Source: Spirochaetota bacterium (lineage in GTDB: Bacteria; Spirochaetota; UBA4802; JAFGJZ01). From it: DNA of 64,000 bases. The notes under the pieces were generated by a model. That model had not been told where the DNA came from. It worked only from the letters and a program-made list of their open reading frames with translations, and made no database searches. Shown here in pieces: positions 9,871 to 20,139 of this stretch. Every line of letters begins with the position of its first letter. Position 1 is the stretch's first letter. The DNA lies in the NCBI GenBank assembly GCA_027858855.1, contig JAQIBV010000030.1:44644-108643 (forward strand), given 5' to 3'. The translations under genes were made by a program, and so were the position numbers.

Positions 9871-10500
9871 ATGAGAGAAAACATGATGACAGATTTTATT
9901 AAATCGACACTATTATTACTGGTTTTACTTAACCCATTTTTGGTAATTATTTACCTTACTGATATTATGGCAAAACTGGATGGTGCAAAATTCCGTAATG
10001 TTCTGATCCGAGCCGGATTGATTGCGGTTGTTGTTTTCTGTAGCTTTGCAATATTGGGAACTGCCATATTCTCTCAGGTCTTTCAGGTCGAATTTGCTTC
10101 GTTTCAGGTTTTCGGGGGTGTTGTTTTCCTTCTTATTGGACTGCAGTTTGTTTTCAAAGGGCCAAATGCCATCGAGGTATTGCGGGGCGAGTCTGAACAT
10201 ATTGCAGGTGCTGTGGCAATGCCGGTGCTTATAGGCCCGGGTACAATAAGTGCCAGCGTTGTTATAGGAGAAAGGCATAATGTTCTTGTGGGATGCGCTG
10301 CTGTTATACTTGCTACTACACTTTGTATAATTACAATATTTGCATTAAAAAAACTGCATGACTATGTTCGCTACAGAAGAGAAGCTCTGATTCAGCGGTA
10401 TATAGAAATTGCCGGACGTATCACCGCTCTCTTTGTGGGTTCTGTTGCGATTGAGATGATGTTCCAGGGGCTATTTACCTGGTTGAAAAAAATATCGTAG
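9871..10500 (+). CDS. MarC family membrane protein
   Basis: About six hydrophobic helices; LNPF, FQVFGG and PVLIGPGTIS motifs. Confidence 0.85.
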   Translation: MRENMMTDFIKSTLLLLVLLNPFLVIIYLTDIMAKLDGAKFRNVLIRAGLIAVVVFCSFAILGTAIFSQVFQVEFASFQVFGGVVFLLIGLQFVFKGPNAIEVLRGESEHIAGAVAMPVLIGPGTISASVVIGERHNVLVGCAAVILATTLCIITIFALKKLHDYVRYRREALIQRYIEIAGRITALFVGSVAIEMMFQGLFTWLKKIS

Positions 10501-10526
10501 TTGACGATGGGCTATCACGAAGTGCT

Positions 10527-13500
10527 CTACAGGTTGAACATATTTTTGATTTTTGCAGATAGCTCCGGTAAGGAATAGGGTTTTTGAATAAAGTCAAGAA
10601 TCCCACTCTCCATTACGCTCTGTATTCTTTCATCATGCTTGAAGCCTGATGAAAGAATAACTTTTACAGAGGGGTCAATCTCTTTCAGCTTTTCAAAGGT
10701 CTCTTTGCCCGACATTCCCGGCATAATCATATCCAGAATAATACCATTAATTTTATCACGGTTTTCAGTGTATAATTTTATCCCTTCATCACCGGTGTGT
10801 GCGGTAATAACCTGATAACCGCACTCCTCAAGCATTGCCTGCGATGTAGTCCTGAGAATCTCTTCATCGTCAATAACAAGTATAAGTCCGCTTCCTTTTT
10901 CTATGGTCATTTTCTTATGTTTTTTCGGGCGTGGTGCTGTTGAGGATCCAATTCGTGGAAATAAAATAGAAATTGTTGTTCCAGAATTTTCTTCCGAATA
11001 GACATGGATGGAACCCCTGTGTTTGCTTATTATGTTATAGACCATTGATAGTCCAAGACCACTGCCTTTGCCTTTGTCCTTGGTTGTGAAAAATGGGGTG
11101 AAGATCTTTTCCATATCACTTTTTTTTATCCCGACACCTGTATCCTGAATAGTAATTTTGATGAGTCCGTCTTCGAATTTCCCATCAGGATCATCTGTTT
11201 GTGTAAGGGTTATGGTGAGTGATCCGCCCCACTGGTCACCCTTTGGCCGCATTGTTGTCATCGCATGAGTTGCGTTTATGCAGAGGTTCAGAAATACCTG
11301 CTCAATCTGGTTATTATCGGCATTTATTAGGGCCGGAGTATCAAGATATGTTGTGCTGATGTTCACCGAGCGGTCAAAGGTGGTTTTAGCCATTTCGACT
11401 ACTGTTTTAATGGATCTGTTTAAATCAATAGTTGTAAATACAAAATCCTGTTTATGCGATATGGTTAACAGCTGGCGCACGATACTTGCAGCCTGTTCTC
11501 CACTCTGCTCAATTAGTGAGATGTAGTTTAAAAGCAGATCTTTCTCTGTCTCCTCCTCGTTTAACAGACGATTCTTCAGCAACGATGCGGTTCCGATAAT
11601 CCCACTCAAAACGTTGTTAAAGTCATGTGCCAGGCCACCGGCCAGAGTCCCGACGGCTTCCATTTTCTGTGATTGAATCAGTTGATTCTCATTCCTGATT
11701 TTCTCTGTCTCGTCCCGGAACACAAGAACGACACCCAGAAGTGAGCCGTCTTCACGAATAATCGGGGCGGCGCTGTCACTTATGCGATACTCTTTTCCGT
11801 CGCGGGATAAAAGGAGTGTGTCTGTCTCTAGTGTTTTTATTTTACGGTCTTTGATAACCTGAAGAACAGGGTTTTCAAGAGTCGTACGTTCGTTGACGTT
11901 TACAATTTTGAATATATCTTCCAGAGGAAGGCCTGTTGCGGAGTTGTTGTCCCAACCCGTCAGCTTTTCTGCAACAGGATTCATTCGTACCAATGTTCCA
12001 TTATTATCGGTAACAACAACAGCATCACCTATAGAGTTCAGCGTAATACTCAGGTTCTCCTCGTTCTGCTTTATCAGGTTTTCATTCTTTTTCCTTTCAG
12101 AGATGTCCCTCATTATTGTCGAGAAGTAGTCGATTGATGCGTCATCCCTGGTATGGCATACAATTACCTGTGAGACGGGTATCTCTTTGCCCTCTCTACT
12201 CAAAATGGCCGACTCTCCGTGCCAGGTTCCATTACGTGATGCTTCAAAGTATCCCTCATGTTCAAGAAGATCCCGTGCCCACTCTGGATACAGTTGTGTA
12301 AGATTAATGGCGGAAAGTTCAGTATTAGGAAACAATTTTTTTAAAGAGCTGTTCATGTACAGGATCTTCTTTTCGTTTCGGTACATACAGATCATGTCAC
12401 TGGTGTTTTCAAGAATTGCTACAAGTCGTTTTTGTTCTGTTATCTTCTGTAAAATGGCATCTCTCATGTTTTTGAACGAAATAGCAAGCACTCCCAACTC
12501 GTCATGTGTATGAATAGGTATTGTTTGGTTAAGTTTACCTGAGGCTACAGCAGTGGTTGATTTTATCAAATTATGTATGAATTTTATACCAGGGCGACTG
12601 AAGTAGACGGTGAGGCCAAAAGTGATAAGTAATACGGTTATTGCAACACCGAGAACAAGCAGAATAGTTTTAAGTATGAGAAACTTTTCGGTTATGTATC
12701 TAATATTCAGTGAAACATGACCAATAATCTGCTCCCCATTCATAAGTGCGGCTTGGTGTTGGTAAAAAAGGGCGTTATTTATATAGACTTTGTTCATTTC
12801 GATTGACGATGTGTCCGAGTCATAGGTTAAAAGATCATTAAGCTCATTATTAAAGGAATAGGTCTCTCCTTCAAGTGTTCCGCTACTTAGCCTCTGCTCT
12901 GAAAAGAAATTTACCTCTGTTTCTGTGAATTTCTTATAGAATTTGGTGTCGGCATCATCAATAGTATACTCGGCTACCAACAGGCCGATCGGATCAGTCA
13001 GATATAACAGTGGTATTCTTGTCTGTATTCCTAGTCTTCCCTTTCTTGTGAAAAATGAGACTTCACTGTTTCGTGGAAAAGGTTTTTTATAGCTATCAGA
13101 GAGGTACCGGGGAAGCGGCGTGAAGTCAATTGGTTCGTCACTAAAGAGTACTGCTAACATATCTTCTTTTTCTGATAAGTCAAGATAGGTGTCGCGGCCG
13201 GATTGAGATTTGATGTATAAACCGGAGGTTCTTCGTTCTTTATTTAAGGTGGTGTAATGCGCAAGAAGTCTTCTGTCATAGGTGTAGAGTCTCAGGTTTG
13301 TCAGCTTGCTAAGTTGAGCAAATTTTCTGAATTCATCTGAAACTGGCTTCAGTAACCCTGTGATATAAAGTCGCGAACTAATAATTTCAGGATTATGTGC
13401 GTAATTGATCAGGGAGTTTTCAAACAGGCTTTCATTTGCGAGCAACTCTTCTGTTGCTCGTGAATAGTAGTCCTTTTTGTGGTTTAAGTCACGAGCTATG

Positions 13501-13745
13501 AACATGCCTGCTTTAAGGATCTTTCCCCGGGAATCCTTATGAATTCTTTGAATAGTGATTAAAAGGAAAGCGGACGAAAGTGTAACAACAGAAAGAACAA
13601 CAACAAGAGAGCAGAGAAGAAAAATCTTGGTCTGAATAGAGAGAGCTTGAGGGAAAAAACGAATGATCGCCCGTTTAATAACTCTTTTCCTCCCCTTATT
13701 GAATGGGGCTATAAGGTTTAAGAATTCTTTTTTAATCATAACCAC
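10527..13745 (-). CDS. Hybrid sensor histidine kinase (TM-periplasmic-TM-HAMP-PAS-PAS-HisKA-HATPase-REC)
   Basis: DELGVLA HAMP; two PAS-like segments; AHDFNN; NLCINA; GSGLGL; VIDDE / ILDMIMP / QKP receiver. Confidence 0.93.
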   Translation of the reverse strand: MVMIKKEFLNLIAPFNKGRKRVIKRAIIRFFPQALSIQTKIFLLCSLVVVLSVVTLSSAFLLITIQRIHKDSRGKILKAGMFIARDLNHKKDYYSRATEELLANESLFENSLINYAHNPEIISSRLYITGLLKPVSDEFRKFAQLSKLTNLRLYTYDRRLLAHYTTLNKERRTSGLYIKSQSGRDTYLDLSEKEDMLAVLFSDEPIDFTPLPRYLSDSYKKPFPRNSEVSFFTRKGRLGIQTRIPLLYLTDPIGLLVAEYTIDDADTKFYKKFTETEVNFFSEQRLSSGTLEGETYSFNNELNDLLTYDSDTSSIEMNKVYINNALFYQHQAALMNGEQIIGHVSLNIRYITEKFLILKTILLVLGVAITVLLITFGLTVYFSRPGIKFIHNLIKSTTAVASGKLNQTIPIHTHDELGVLAISFKNMRDAILQKITEQKRLVAILENTSDMICMYRNEKKILYMNSSLKKLFPNTELSAINLTQLYPEWARDLLEHEGYFEASRNGTWHGESAILSREGKEIPVSQVIVCHTRDDASIDYFSTIMRDISERKKNENLIKQNEENLSITLNSIGDAVVVTDNNGTLVRMNPVAEKLTGWDNNSATGLPLEDIFKIVNVNERTTLENPVLQVIKDRKIKTLETDTLLLSRDGKEYRISDSAAPIIREDGSLLGVVLVFRDETEKIRNENQLIQSQKMEAVGTLAGGLAHDFNNVLSGIIGTASLLKNRLLNEEETEKDLLLNYISLIEQSGEQAASIVRQLLTISHKQDFVFTTIDLNRSIKTVVEMAKTTFDRSVNISTTYLDTPALINADNNQIEQVFLNLCINATHAMTTMRPKGDQWGGSLTITLTQTDDPDGKFEDGLIKITIQDTGVGIKKSDMEKIFTPFFTTKDKGKGSGLGLSMVYNIISKHRGSIHVYSEENSGTTISILFPRIGSSTAPRPKKHKKMTIEKGSGLILVIDDEEILRTTSQAMLEECGYQVITAHTGDEGIKLYTENRDKINGIILDMIMPGMSGKETFEKLKEIDPSVKVILSSGFKHDERIQSVMESGILDFIQKPYSLPELSAKIKNMFNL

Positions 13746-14793
13746 AACCGGATCGGGAATCGGTACCTTCTGTTGGTGCTGAAAAATAGTTCTGTCTCAA
13801 AGTGGCTGCTTTCTGCTGTGTTTGGTTGTGAATTTTATTTGAAATGTTTTTTACCCTGCCTGATGTTAAAAGAGAAGATTCTATTCTAATTAACCCGACA
13901 CCCGGCCTGAGAGTATAACCTTTTTTAAATAGGCGAAGAGCCTCGAGTCCCAGAAAAGTCTGTGAGTAGATGGTGTTGCTCATTGTTGCATCGATATAAC
14001 CACTGCCAATTGCCTTTATGACGGATGGCGCCTGTCCGAAGGTTACACAGTGGATACGACTGTTTTTCTGTCGGCTTAGCAGGTTCGATACTACTTCTGA
14101 TCCGGAGGATGTCGTCGCGATGATGCCGTCAATACTGCTGCCGTATCGGTTCATGAAAGATTCAATTTCCTGTTCAGCTATTCTGTGCTCATCTGTTTGG
14201 CTGATTATTTTCTCCAGTGTTATTGCAGGGTGATTCTTCAGATAATTAACTGTTGTTTCAAGATATTCATGTGTAGAGTAGTCATTGATTGCTCCGGTTA
14301 TTAGTAAAAGGGATCCTCGCCGGTCCATGCGGTTAACAAGATATTTCAGTGCGGTTGTTACTCTTTCATCCGGTATGTCGGTAATATGCAACCGTGCATT
14401 AATTCTGTTTTTCTCTCCGCCACCAATAATAACTACAGGTGTATTCTGTGAATTGAGCATGTCTAATGTTTCCGAAAGAGCAGGAGTTGAATTTCGGTAG
14501 ATTACAAATCCATCGTATCCGGCATGAGCAAAGCCGGTTACCAGAGATTCTGTCACTCTGAAATCATAATTTGCAGCAGCACGGTATGTTACCTGGATTC
14601 CTGTACGTATTTTGAAATCAAGAGCTGCTTTTTGTGCCTCGACAAAGGGGGGGCGCATCAATCCGATAACAGCGAATCTGCAGTTGCTAGTTTTATGGAT
14701 GTCACCGTAAATTATCTGATCCGGGGTTACTGTACCGGGAATAAAAAACAATAGCGCAGGTAACAACAACAGATACAGGTGGTTAAGGCGCAT
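13732..14793 (-). CDS. Periplasmic sugar-binding-fold protein coupled to the kinase gene
   Basis: Signal peptide; RbsB-like motifs TPVVII, IDGII, IKAIGSGYIDATM; overlaps the kinase start by 14 bp. Confidence 0.75.
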   Translation of the reverse strand: MRLNHLYLLLLPALLFFIPGTVTPDQIIYGDIHKTSNCRFAVIGLMRPPFVEAQKAALDFKIRTGIQVTYRAAANYDFRVTESLVTGFAHAGYDGFVIYRNSTPALSETLDMLNSQNTPVVIIGGGEKNRINARLHITDIPDERVTTALKYLVNRMDRRGSLLLITGAINDYSTHEYLETTVNYLKNHPAITLEKIISQTDEHRIAEQEIESFMNRYGSSIDGIIATTSSGSEVVSNLLSRQKNSRIHCVTFGQAPSVIKAIGSGYIDATMSNTIYSQTFLGLEALRLFKKGYTLRPGVGLIRIESSLLTSGRVKNISNKIHNQTQQKAATLRQNYFSAPTEGTDSRSGCGYD

Positions 14794-14888
14794 TGCTCCT
14801 CCGCCGATGAAAATGGATATTTCGGTATCTCAAATATAGTCAGATAAGCCGGAAGGGGCAACAAATATTTCAGTTGTGTGGGTTTAAA

Positions 14889-15920
14889 TCAAAATGCCGT
14901 TTCTATCCAGCCCCCACCGAGCACAGCACCGGCTTCATCGTACAGTACGGCAGCCTGTCCGGGGGAAATCTGCATGGTAGCTTCATTAAAAGTAAGTCTA
15001 AGCCTGCCGTCTGCCATTAATTCGGCCACAGCATCAACTGGTGGTTGTGTAGAGCGTATCTTTGCCTTTACAGGTATTGTATTAAATTCGGTTGACTTCA
15101 TGAAGTTCACATTAGAGGCAATCAGTCCTTTCTTAAAGAGATCCTGCTTCGGGCCGGTTACGATGCGGTTTTCTGAAGCAATAATATCGGTTACGTAGAG
15201 AGGCTCTGTGTGAGATATTCCAAGCCCGCGGCGCTGACCTATGGTGTAGCGGTGAATTCCACAATGCTCTTTCAAAACTTTACCGTCGGATGTGGTTATC
15301 TGTCCCGTGCGAATGTCTGGAACTTGCGATTCGATAAATGAGCGATAATCATTGTCCGGGATAAAACAGATCTCCTGGCTATCCTTTGACTGTGCTGCCG
15401 GAAGGTTCCGCTCAATTGCAATTGCACGGATCTCATCTTTCGAGTAAGCAGCCAGTGGAAAGCGGATGTGGGCAAGCTGATCCTGGGTCAGGTCAAAAAG
15501 GAAGTATGACTGGTCACGAACCGGGTCGTCGGCCCGTGAAAGATAAAGCCGAGGACTGTTATGATGTATTGCTGCATAGTGGCCGGTTGCAATAGTCTCG
15601 AATCCGGCATTCAGTGAGTGTTCAAGAATCAAACCGAATTTTATATGTCTGTTGCATCGTATACAGGGGCTTGGTGTCAGACCGTTCATATAGTTCTGAA
15701 TAAAGGGCATGATGATTTGTTTGTGAAACTCTTCGCGCAGATCCAGCACAAAGTGGGGAATCGAGAGGTACTCGGCACATCGCTTTGCATTCTCTACAGC
15801 CGAGTCACCCCCGTCGTACATAAGGGCGGTGAAACCTGTTACATCATACCCTTCAGATTGCAGCAGTGCGGCACAGACTGTCGAGTCAACGCCTCCACTC
15901 ATGGCAACAGCAATTTTCAT
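14889..15920 (-). CDS. mnmA: tRNA 2-thiouridylase MnmA
   Basis: AMSGGVDS, TPSPCIRCN, ATGHYA, DQSYFL, DSQEICF, YTIGQRRGL and PGQAAVLY motifs. Confidence 0.97.
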   Translation of the reverse strand: MKIAVAMSGGVDSTVCAALLQSEGYDVTGFTALMYDGGDSAVENAKRCAEYLSIPHFVLDLREEFHKQIIMPFIQNYMNGLTPSPCIRCNRHIKFGLILEHSLNAGFETIATGHYAAIHHNSPRLYLSRADDPVRDQSYFLFDLTQDQLAHIRFPLAAYSKDEIRAIAIERNLPAAQSKDSQEICFIPDNDYRSFIESQVPDIRTGQITTSDGKVLKEHCGIHRYTIGQRRGLGISHTEPLYVTDIIASENRIVTGPKQDLFKKGLIASNVNFMKSTEFNTIPVKAKIRSTQPPVDAVAELMADGRLRLTFNEATMQISPGQAAVLYDEAGAVLGGGWIETAF

Positions 15921-15952
15921 TGTATAGGCCCCTTGTTTACAGTTTTAAACTT

Positions 15953-18319
15953 TTATCTGCTATGTTCCAAAGAGTTAAAAACTGTGTCAATACGGTTATG
16001 GAAAAATGGGTATCTTTTTTTTGTGCTTACCCCAGTTACCAGAACTATCTGATCTTTGTCCCGATATGCGTAAATTTTTGCTATGTTACCGGCTTTATCT
16101 CGGCCAATCTTCCAGATATAGAGAGTCTCTCCGCGGTTTGCCCAGCCAAGCTGAATAACTTTGAATCCCGACTGCTGTAACCAGAGGTCGACTGCTTCCG
16201 ATTCGGAAGTAGTCGCTATTGTACCGACGCTCAAACGGGTATTGTCCAGGCTGTTTTCGTATCGGATAGACAAACCCCGGGGAATAGGGTGAGTTCCAAA
16301 GGGCTTCCAGCCTTCTGGTATGTAGTAGCTCAAGCCTAACTCTTCAGAGACAACTTTTTTGTTTTCGGTAAAGGTTGTCGAGTCGTTAGAACTCTTTTCC
16401 CATACTTTTACACGGTATAACTGCTTGATTTTCTGCATCAGTCGCTGATCAATCTCTGCATAGTTATGCTCATTGATTGTCCAGCCGTTTATCTTTGTCG
16501 AGAATTCACCATTAAGTTTTTTCCGGATGGCATAAAGTTCCGCCGTTTCCCCAGGAAGGTTGACCGTGATACCCTTGGCTCTGTAATAGTTATTTAATTT
16601 CACGAAGCGCACAATATCATATGTGATAGCATTCTTTAAAAACTTTTTAGCTTCCCGTTCATCATCAATTTTATTATTGCTGACTGGCACAAGTGGAATG
16701 ATAGAACCTGATTCAAGACTATCCTTAACATCTTTGGTTATGAGTCCTTTTTGCAGCTTTTCGTCGATACTGCTGTAGGTGCGTATGTAGAGGGCCAGAT
16801 AATCTTTTGCATGGTTCAGATCTTTGTAATAGCGGTAATAGTTTTTTATGATTTCTGACAGAAGTGATAACTCAGAGGTGGCATTGTTGTCACTATCATT
16901 ATTTCTGCTAAGCTGGTCTTTACGCTCATCAGCCCTGATCTTTTTTTGTGCCAGACCTGCCAGGTGAGGGGCTGTGGTTAGTGCGCTTTTGGCTTTCTCT
17001 TTAAGCTCGTTGCGTCGTTGAAGGGCATTTTTAACCTTTTTGGCCGAGAGCGCATCCCGGTATTCCGGTAATAGTGTTATGCTGTGACCAAGATATTTTA
17101 TGTGGTTGGGGTAGGTATCACAGTTCTGCAGAAAAACTGTCCCTTCGCTTTTATCCTTTGTCAGCAGTTCTTCAAAAAAACCGAGGTATGCCTGTACAGC
17201 ATCAAAACGGTGCTGAATATTCCTGTTTATAATATCCGTGTCGTTACTTCTTAAACTGTGATGAAGCTTTATGTAGTTTGCAGTCCGGTCGATATATCTG
17301 TTTACAAAGTCAGTCTCTTCCCAGGAGAGCTTGTATTTTGTGATCATCGATAGCCCTGATGTACGCATCTTTTCTACGGTCTCTTCAACTGGTGCTGTGG
17401 CTGCTATGTGGGTTCTGCGTTCACGGTTAAGGGCCTGGGTTATTATCCTTGTTCTCTTTGTCTCCTCTTCTGTGATTGCTAAAGGGAAAAGATGTCGCTC
17501 AAGGGCAATTGGCGAATGGATGAAAAGCAGAGCCTGGTTTATAGAAATTGTTGAATCATTTATTTGTATAGTTCGGATGCGTGTGCATTCTAAATCAATA
17601 GCATACCAGATGTCACGCCATGCTGGTGTTTCTGTTAAGAAAGTTTTTTGGGGCAAAAGAAGGGATACCGTTTTTTCTGATTCAAGACTCGTTCGAGTCT
17701 CCTGTCGCAGTAAAGAGATTAAAGAGGCTTTCGATTTTTCTTTACCAACGACCTCTTTTCTGAACTTCGAAAAGGTTATGGCTTTGACCTCTGCATAAAT
17801 TTCAGGCTGTTTTTGTAGCAGTGTACTTAGAATCAGTTCGTAATTTAAACTTTTGGCAAGCCGTGGTTGAACAGTCTTGTCGCTAATAAGCTTTTTTTCT
17901 TTATTGGTAAGGGTAGGGAAGAAATGGCTGATTTGCTGTGAAACCGACTCTTCAAAGATACCTGATGCTTGTGCAATTGCAGCAGGATCATGAAGAAGTT
18001 TAAGAGATAATCGTAAAAACTCGGAGGCAAAGATGGAGTCAAAACTGCTGTCAAATGCAGACTTGATTCGGCTTTTATCCATCATAAGTTTAACCGTGCC
18101 TGGCTCTTCGTTCATGTCGGTAAAAAATGAGTTGCTTGAGCGAAGGTCGTATTCAACGGCTTCTGCTATTATCGGATAGAAGCTTTTTGACTCTATTTTG
18201 CTCTTCTGTTGGCTCAGATCGGTAACTCTCTTTTGCCACCAGGAAGCTCGTTCATTGGCCTTAAGAGGTGAAATAACTGTAATAAGAGTTATAAAGAGGA
18301 TCAGGTGTCTGATTTTCAT
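15953..18319 (-). CDS. Large secreted hypothetical protein, helical body, possible PsbP/DcrB-like C-terminal domain
   Basis: Start moved to MKIRHLILF at 18319 (aggag RBS, signal peptide); C-terminal LGLSYYIPEGWK...FNSLE pattern. Confidence 0.65.
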   Translation of the reverse strand: MKIRHLILFITLITVISPLKANERASWWQKRVTDLSQQKSKIESKSFYPIIAEAVEYDLRSSNSFFTDMNEEPGTVKLMMDKSRIKSAFDSSFDSIFASEFLRLSLKLLHDPAAIAQASGIFEESVSQQISHFFPTLTNKEKKLISDKTVQPRLAKSLNYELILSTLLQKQPEIYAEVKAITFSKFRKEVVGKEKSKASLISLLRQETRTSLESEKTVSLLLPQKTFLTETPAWRDIWYAIDLECTRIRTIQINDSTISINQALLFIHSPIALERHLFPLAITEEETKRTRIITQALNRERRTHIAATAPVEETVEKMRTSGLSMITKYKLSWEETDFVNRYIDRTANYIKLHHSLRSNDTDIINRNIQHRFDAVQAYLGFFEELLTKDKSEGTVFLQNCDTYPNHIKYLGHSITLLPEYRDALSAKKVKNALQRRNELKEKAKSALTTAPHLAGLAQKKIRADERKDQLSRNNDSDNNATSELSLLSEIIKNYYRYYKDLNHAKDYLALYIRTYSSIDEKLQKGLITKDVKDSLESGSIIPLVPVSNNKIDDEREAKKFLKNAITYDIVRFVKLNNYYRAKGITVNLPGETAELYAIRKKLNGEFSTKINGWTINEHNYAEIDQRLMQKIKQLYRVKVWEKSSNDSTTFTENKKVVSEELGLSYYIPEGWKPFGTHPIPRGLSIRYENSLDNTRLSVGTIATTSESEAVDLWLQQSGFKVIQLGWANRGETLYIWKIGRDKAGNIAKIYAYRDKDQIVLVTGVSTKKRYPFFHNRIDTVFNSLEHSR

Positions 18320-18501
18320 GGTACGCTCCTGTGTCTGCAACCGGGTCTGGTATAGGGCTTTTGGATAAGAAGCCTCTATATGAATGTCGGATAGTTCTGT
18401 GAATTGGTGAAGAGAATAAGGCATAAGTATAATCTGTTTGACAGATGACGAATAAATGAGTCTGATAACGGGATAAATTTAAGAATCAGAGGAGTAATAA
18501 C

Positions 18502-19233
18502 GTGCGTGCAGCAATTTTTATTGACGGAGCATACTTTCTAAATTTTTACAAAAAATACGATGCGGTTCCCAAATACGAAGATCTTGTTGATTATTTTTTA
18601 AAACCGCTTCGAAAAACAGCTCAGCTTGACCTTTTACGCTGTTATTTCTATTATTGTGCGCCCTGGATGTCTGTCGATCCAAGTGATAGCGAAAAAAGAC
18701 GTATGGAAGAGCATGATATCTTCATGGAGGAGATAGACAAGCTGGAACGCTGGTCAGTGCGTTTGGGAAAATTGCGTCGCCGCTGGGATGGTCATAAGGA
18801 GCTTTTTGAGCAGAAACGGGTGGATGTCCTTCTGTCTGTGGATATGGTACGCCATTCAGCTGCTGGACATATACAGCATGCAATTGTCGTTGCCGGTGAC
18901 AGTGATTTTATTCCAGCCGTCGAGGCCACTAAAGAGTCGGGCGCTACCGTAACACTCTGGTATGGTGATGAAAATACCGTTCATAAGGATCTGGTCAGTC
19001 TTGCTGATTGTGTGAATCAGATGAACATAAAGAAGATCCCGAGGCAGAAGATAAAGGCTTCTAAAAAAATGGAAAAGCAGCGCGAAATGCTTAAACAAAA
19101 ACAGCAGGAAGCGCCAGTAGTTCCGGTTGTCGCACCTGTAAGAAAGAATACCGGAAATAAACGCAGCTATTCAAAACGACGCAGAAGTCCTAACAGTTCG
19201 AACAGTTCTAATATAAACAATTCAAATAGTTAA
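18502..19233 (+). CDS. NYN-domain (LabA/DUF88, PIN-like) protein
   Basis: IFIDGAY, QKRVDVLLSVDM, GDSDFIP and LADC motifs; ggag RBS with GTG start. Confidence 0.9.
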   Translation: MRAAIFIDGAYFLNFYKKYDAVPKYEDLVDYFLKPLRKTAQLDLLRCYFYYCAPWMSVDPSDSEKRRMEEHDIFMEEIDKLERWSVRLGKLRRRWDGHKELFEQKRVDVLLSVDMVRHSAAGHIQHAIVVAGDSDFIPAVEATKESGATVTLWYGDENTVHKDLVSLADCVNQMNIKKIPRQKIKASKKMEKQREMLKQKQQEAPVVPVVAPVRKNTGNKRSYSKRRRSPNSSNSSNINNSNS

Positions 19234-20105
19234 TCTTTATTTTCTGGAAATTGTTTTAAGAATTCAATCAGGACTTCGTTGAAAGGTCTGGTTTTACCCT
19301 CATTTACAAATTTTCTATAAAGCGTTTTCATGTGCTCGCAAACGGCTTCCCTGTCTGAAACTCGGGGGAGCCGGTTTACAAATAGAGTCTCGATAAAATC
19401 CTCTCCGTAACTTTTTTCGAACCCCGGAAAAAGACTTCGCATAACAAATAGCGCAGCAGGAATGCAGTTAGTGCTGTGTTGTTTAACGTAAAGCACGCTT
19501 TCTGTAATAAGGCGGGCTCTCTCTTCCAGGAATAGTTTCATCTCGATAACCGACTCGTCATCCTGGCGTGAAACAGCCAGTTGATTGATGCGCGGAATGA
19601 GCGCGTATGCCGCCCATGTTACAACCATGACATGCAGGCTGGGCAGGCAGTTTAGATGCGGATCGGTTTTGTGAATAAGCGCAAAGGTGAGATCACCTTT
19701 AACCGGGGGAGGGCGATCCGTTGTCGATTGAATGACACGGTACACAGATGACGCCGAGAGGTAGAGCGCTTTAAGTTCAGATAAAGAGTCAGCTATCAGA
19801 CGCGAGGCCTCTCTTCCGAATGCGCGATACATCCAGGTGAGCGTAAAAACCCAGAGGTGGATGAAGCGAATGTAGACAGAGACCCACTCCGGTGCGAAGG
19901 GAATTGATCTGTCGGTCGGATGGTCGATTCGCACATAGGGTTGCCGTTTTTTTTTCGGTCGTAATGATGACTGTATATAGAAGAAATCCCGAATAATTAC
20001 TCCGACAGTTGGAATTGCTGCTCGGCATATTCGCGGAGAACTTATAATCATCAGAATCGTATGTAGCGCATTGGTTGAGTGAAATGAGGGCAGTTTTTTT
20101 TTCAT
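19230..20105 (-). CDS. Hypothetical protein with PAP2-superfamily-like motifs
   Basis: RP...D..LNCLPSLHV...KQH resembles the PAP2/Aur1-like catalytic signature. Confidence 0.55.
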   Translation of the reverse strand: MKKKLPSFHSTNALHTILMIISSPRICRAAIPTVGVIIRDFFYIQSSLRPKKKRQPYVRIDHPTDRSIPFAPEWVSVYIRFIHLWVFTLTWMYRAFGREASRLIADSLSELKALYLSASSVYRVIQSTTDRPPPVKGDLTFALIHKTDPHLNCLPSLHVMVVTWAAYALIPRINQLAVSRQDDESVIEMKLFLEERARLITESVLYVKQHSTNCIPAALFVMRSLFPGFEKSYGEDFIETLFVNRLPRVSDREAVCEHMKTLYRKFVNEGKTRPFNEVLIEFLKQFPENKD

Positions 20106-20139
20106 CAGGCTGTCTCTTTAGTTCGTTAGTGGCGGTTTA

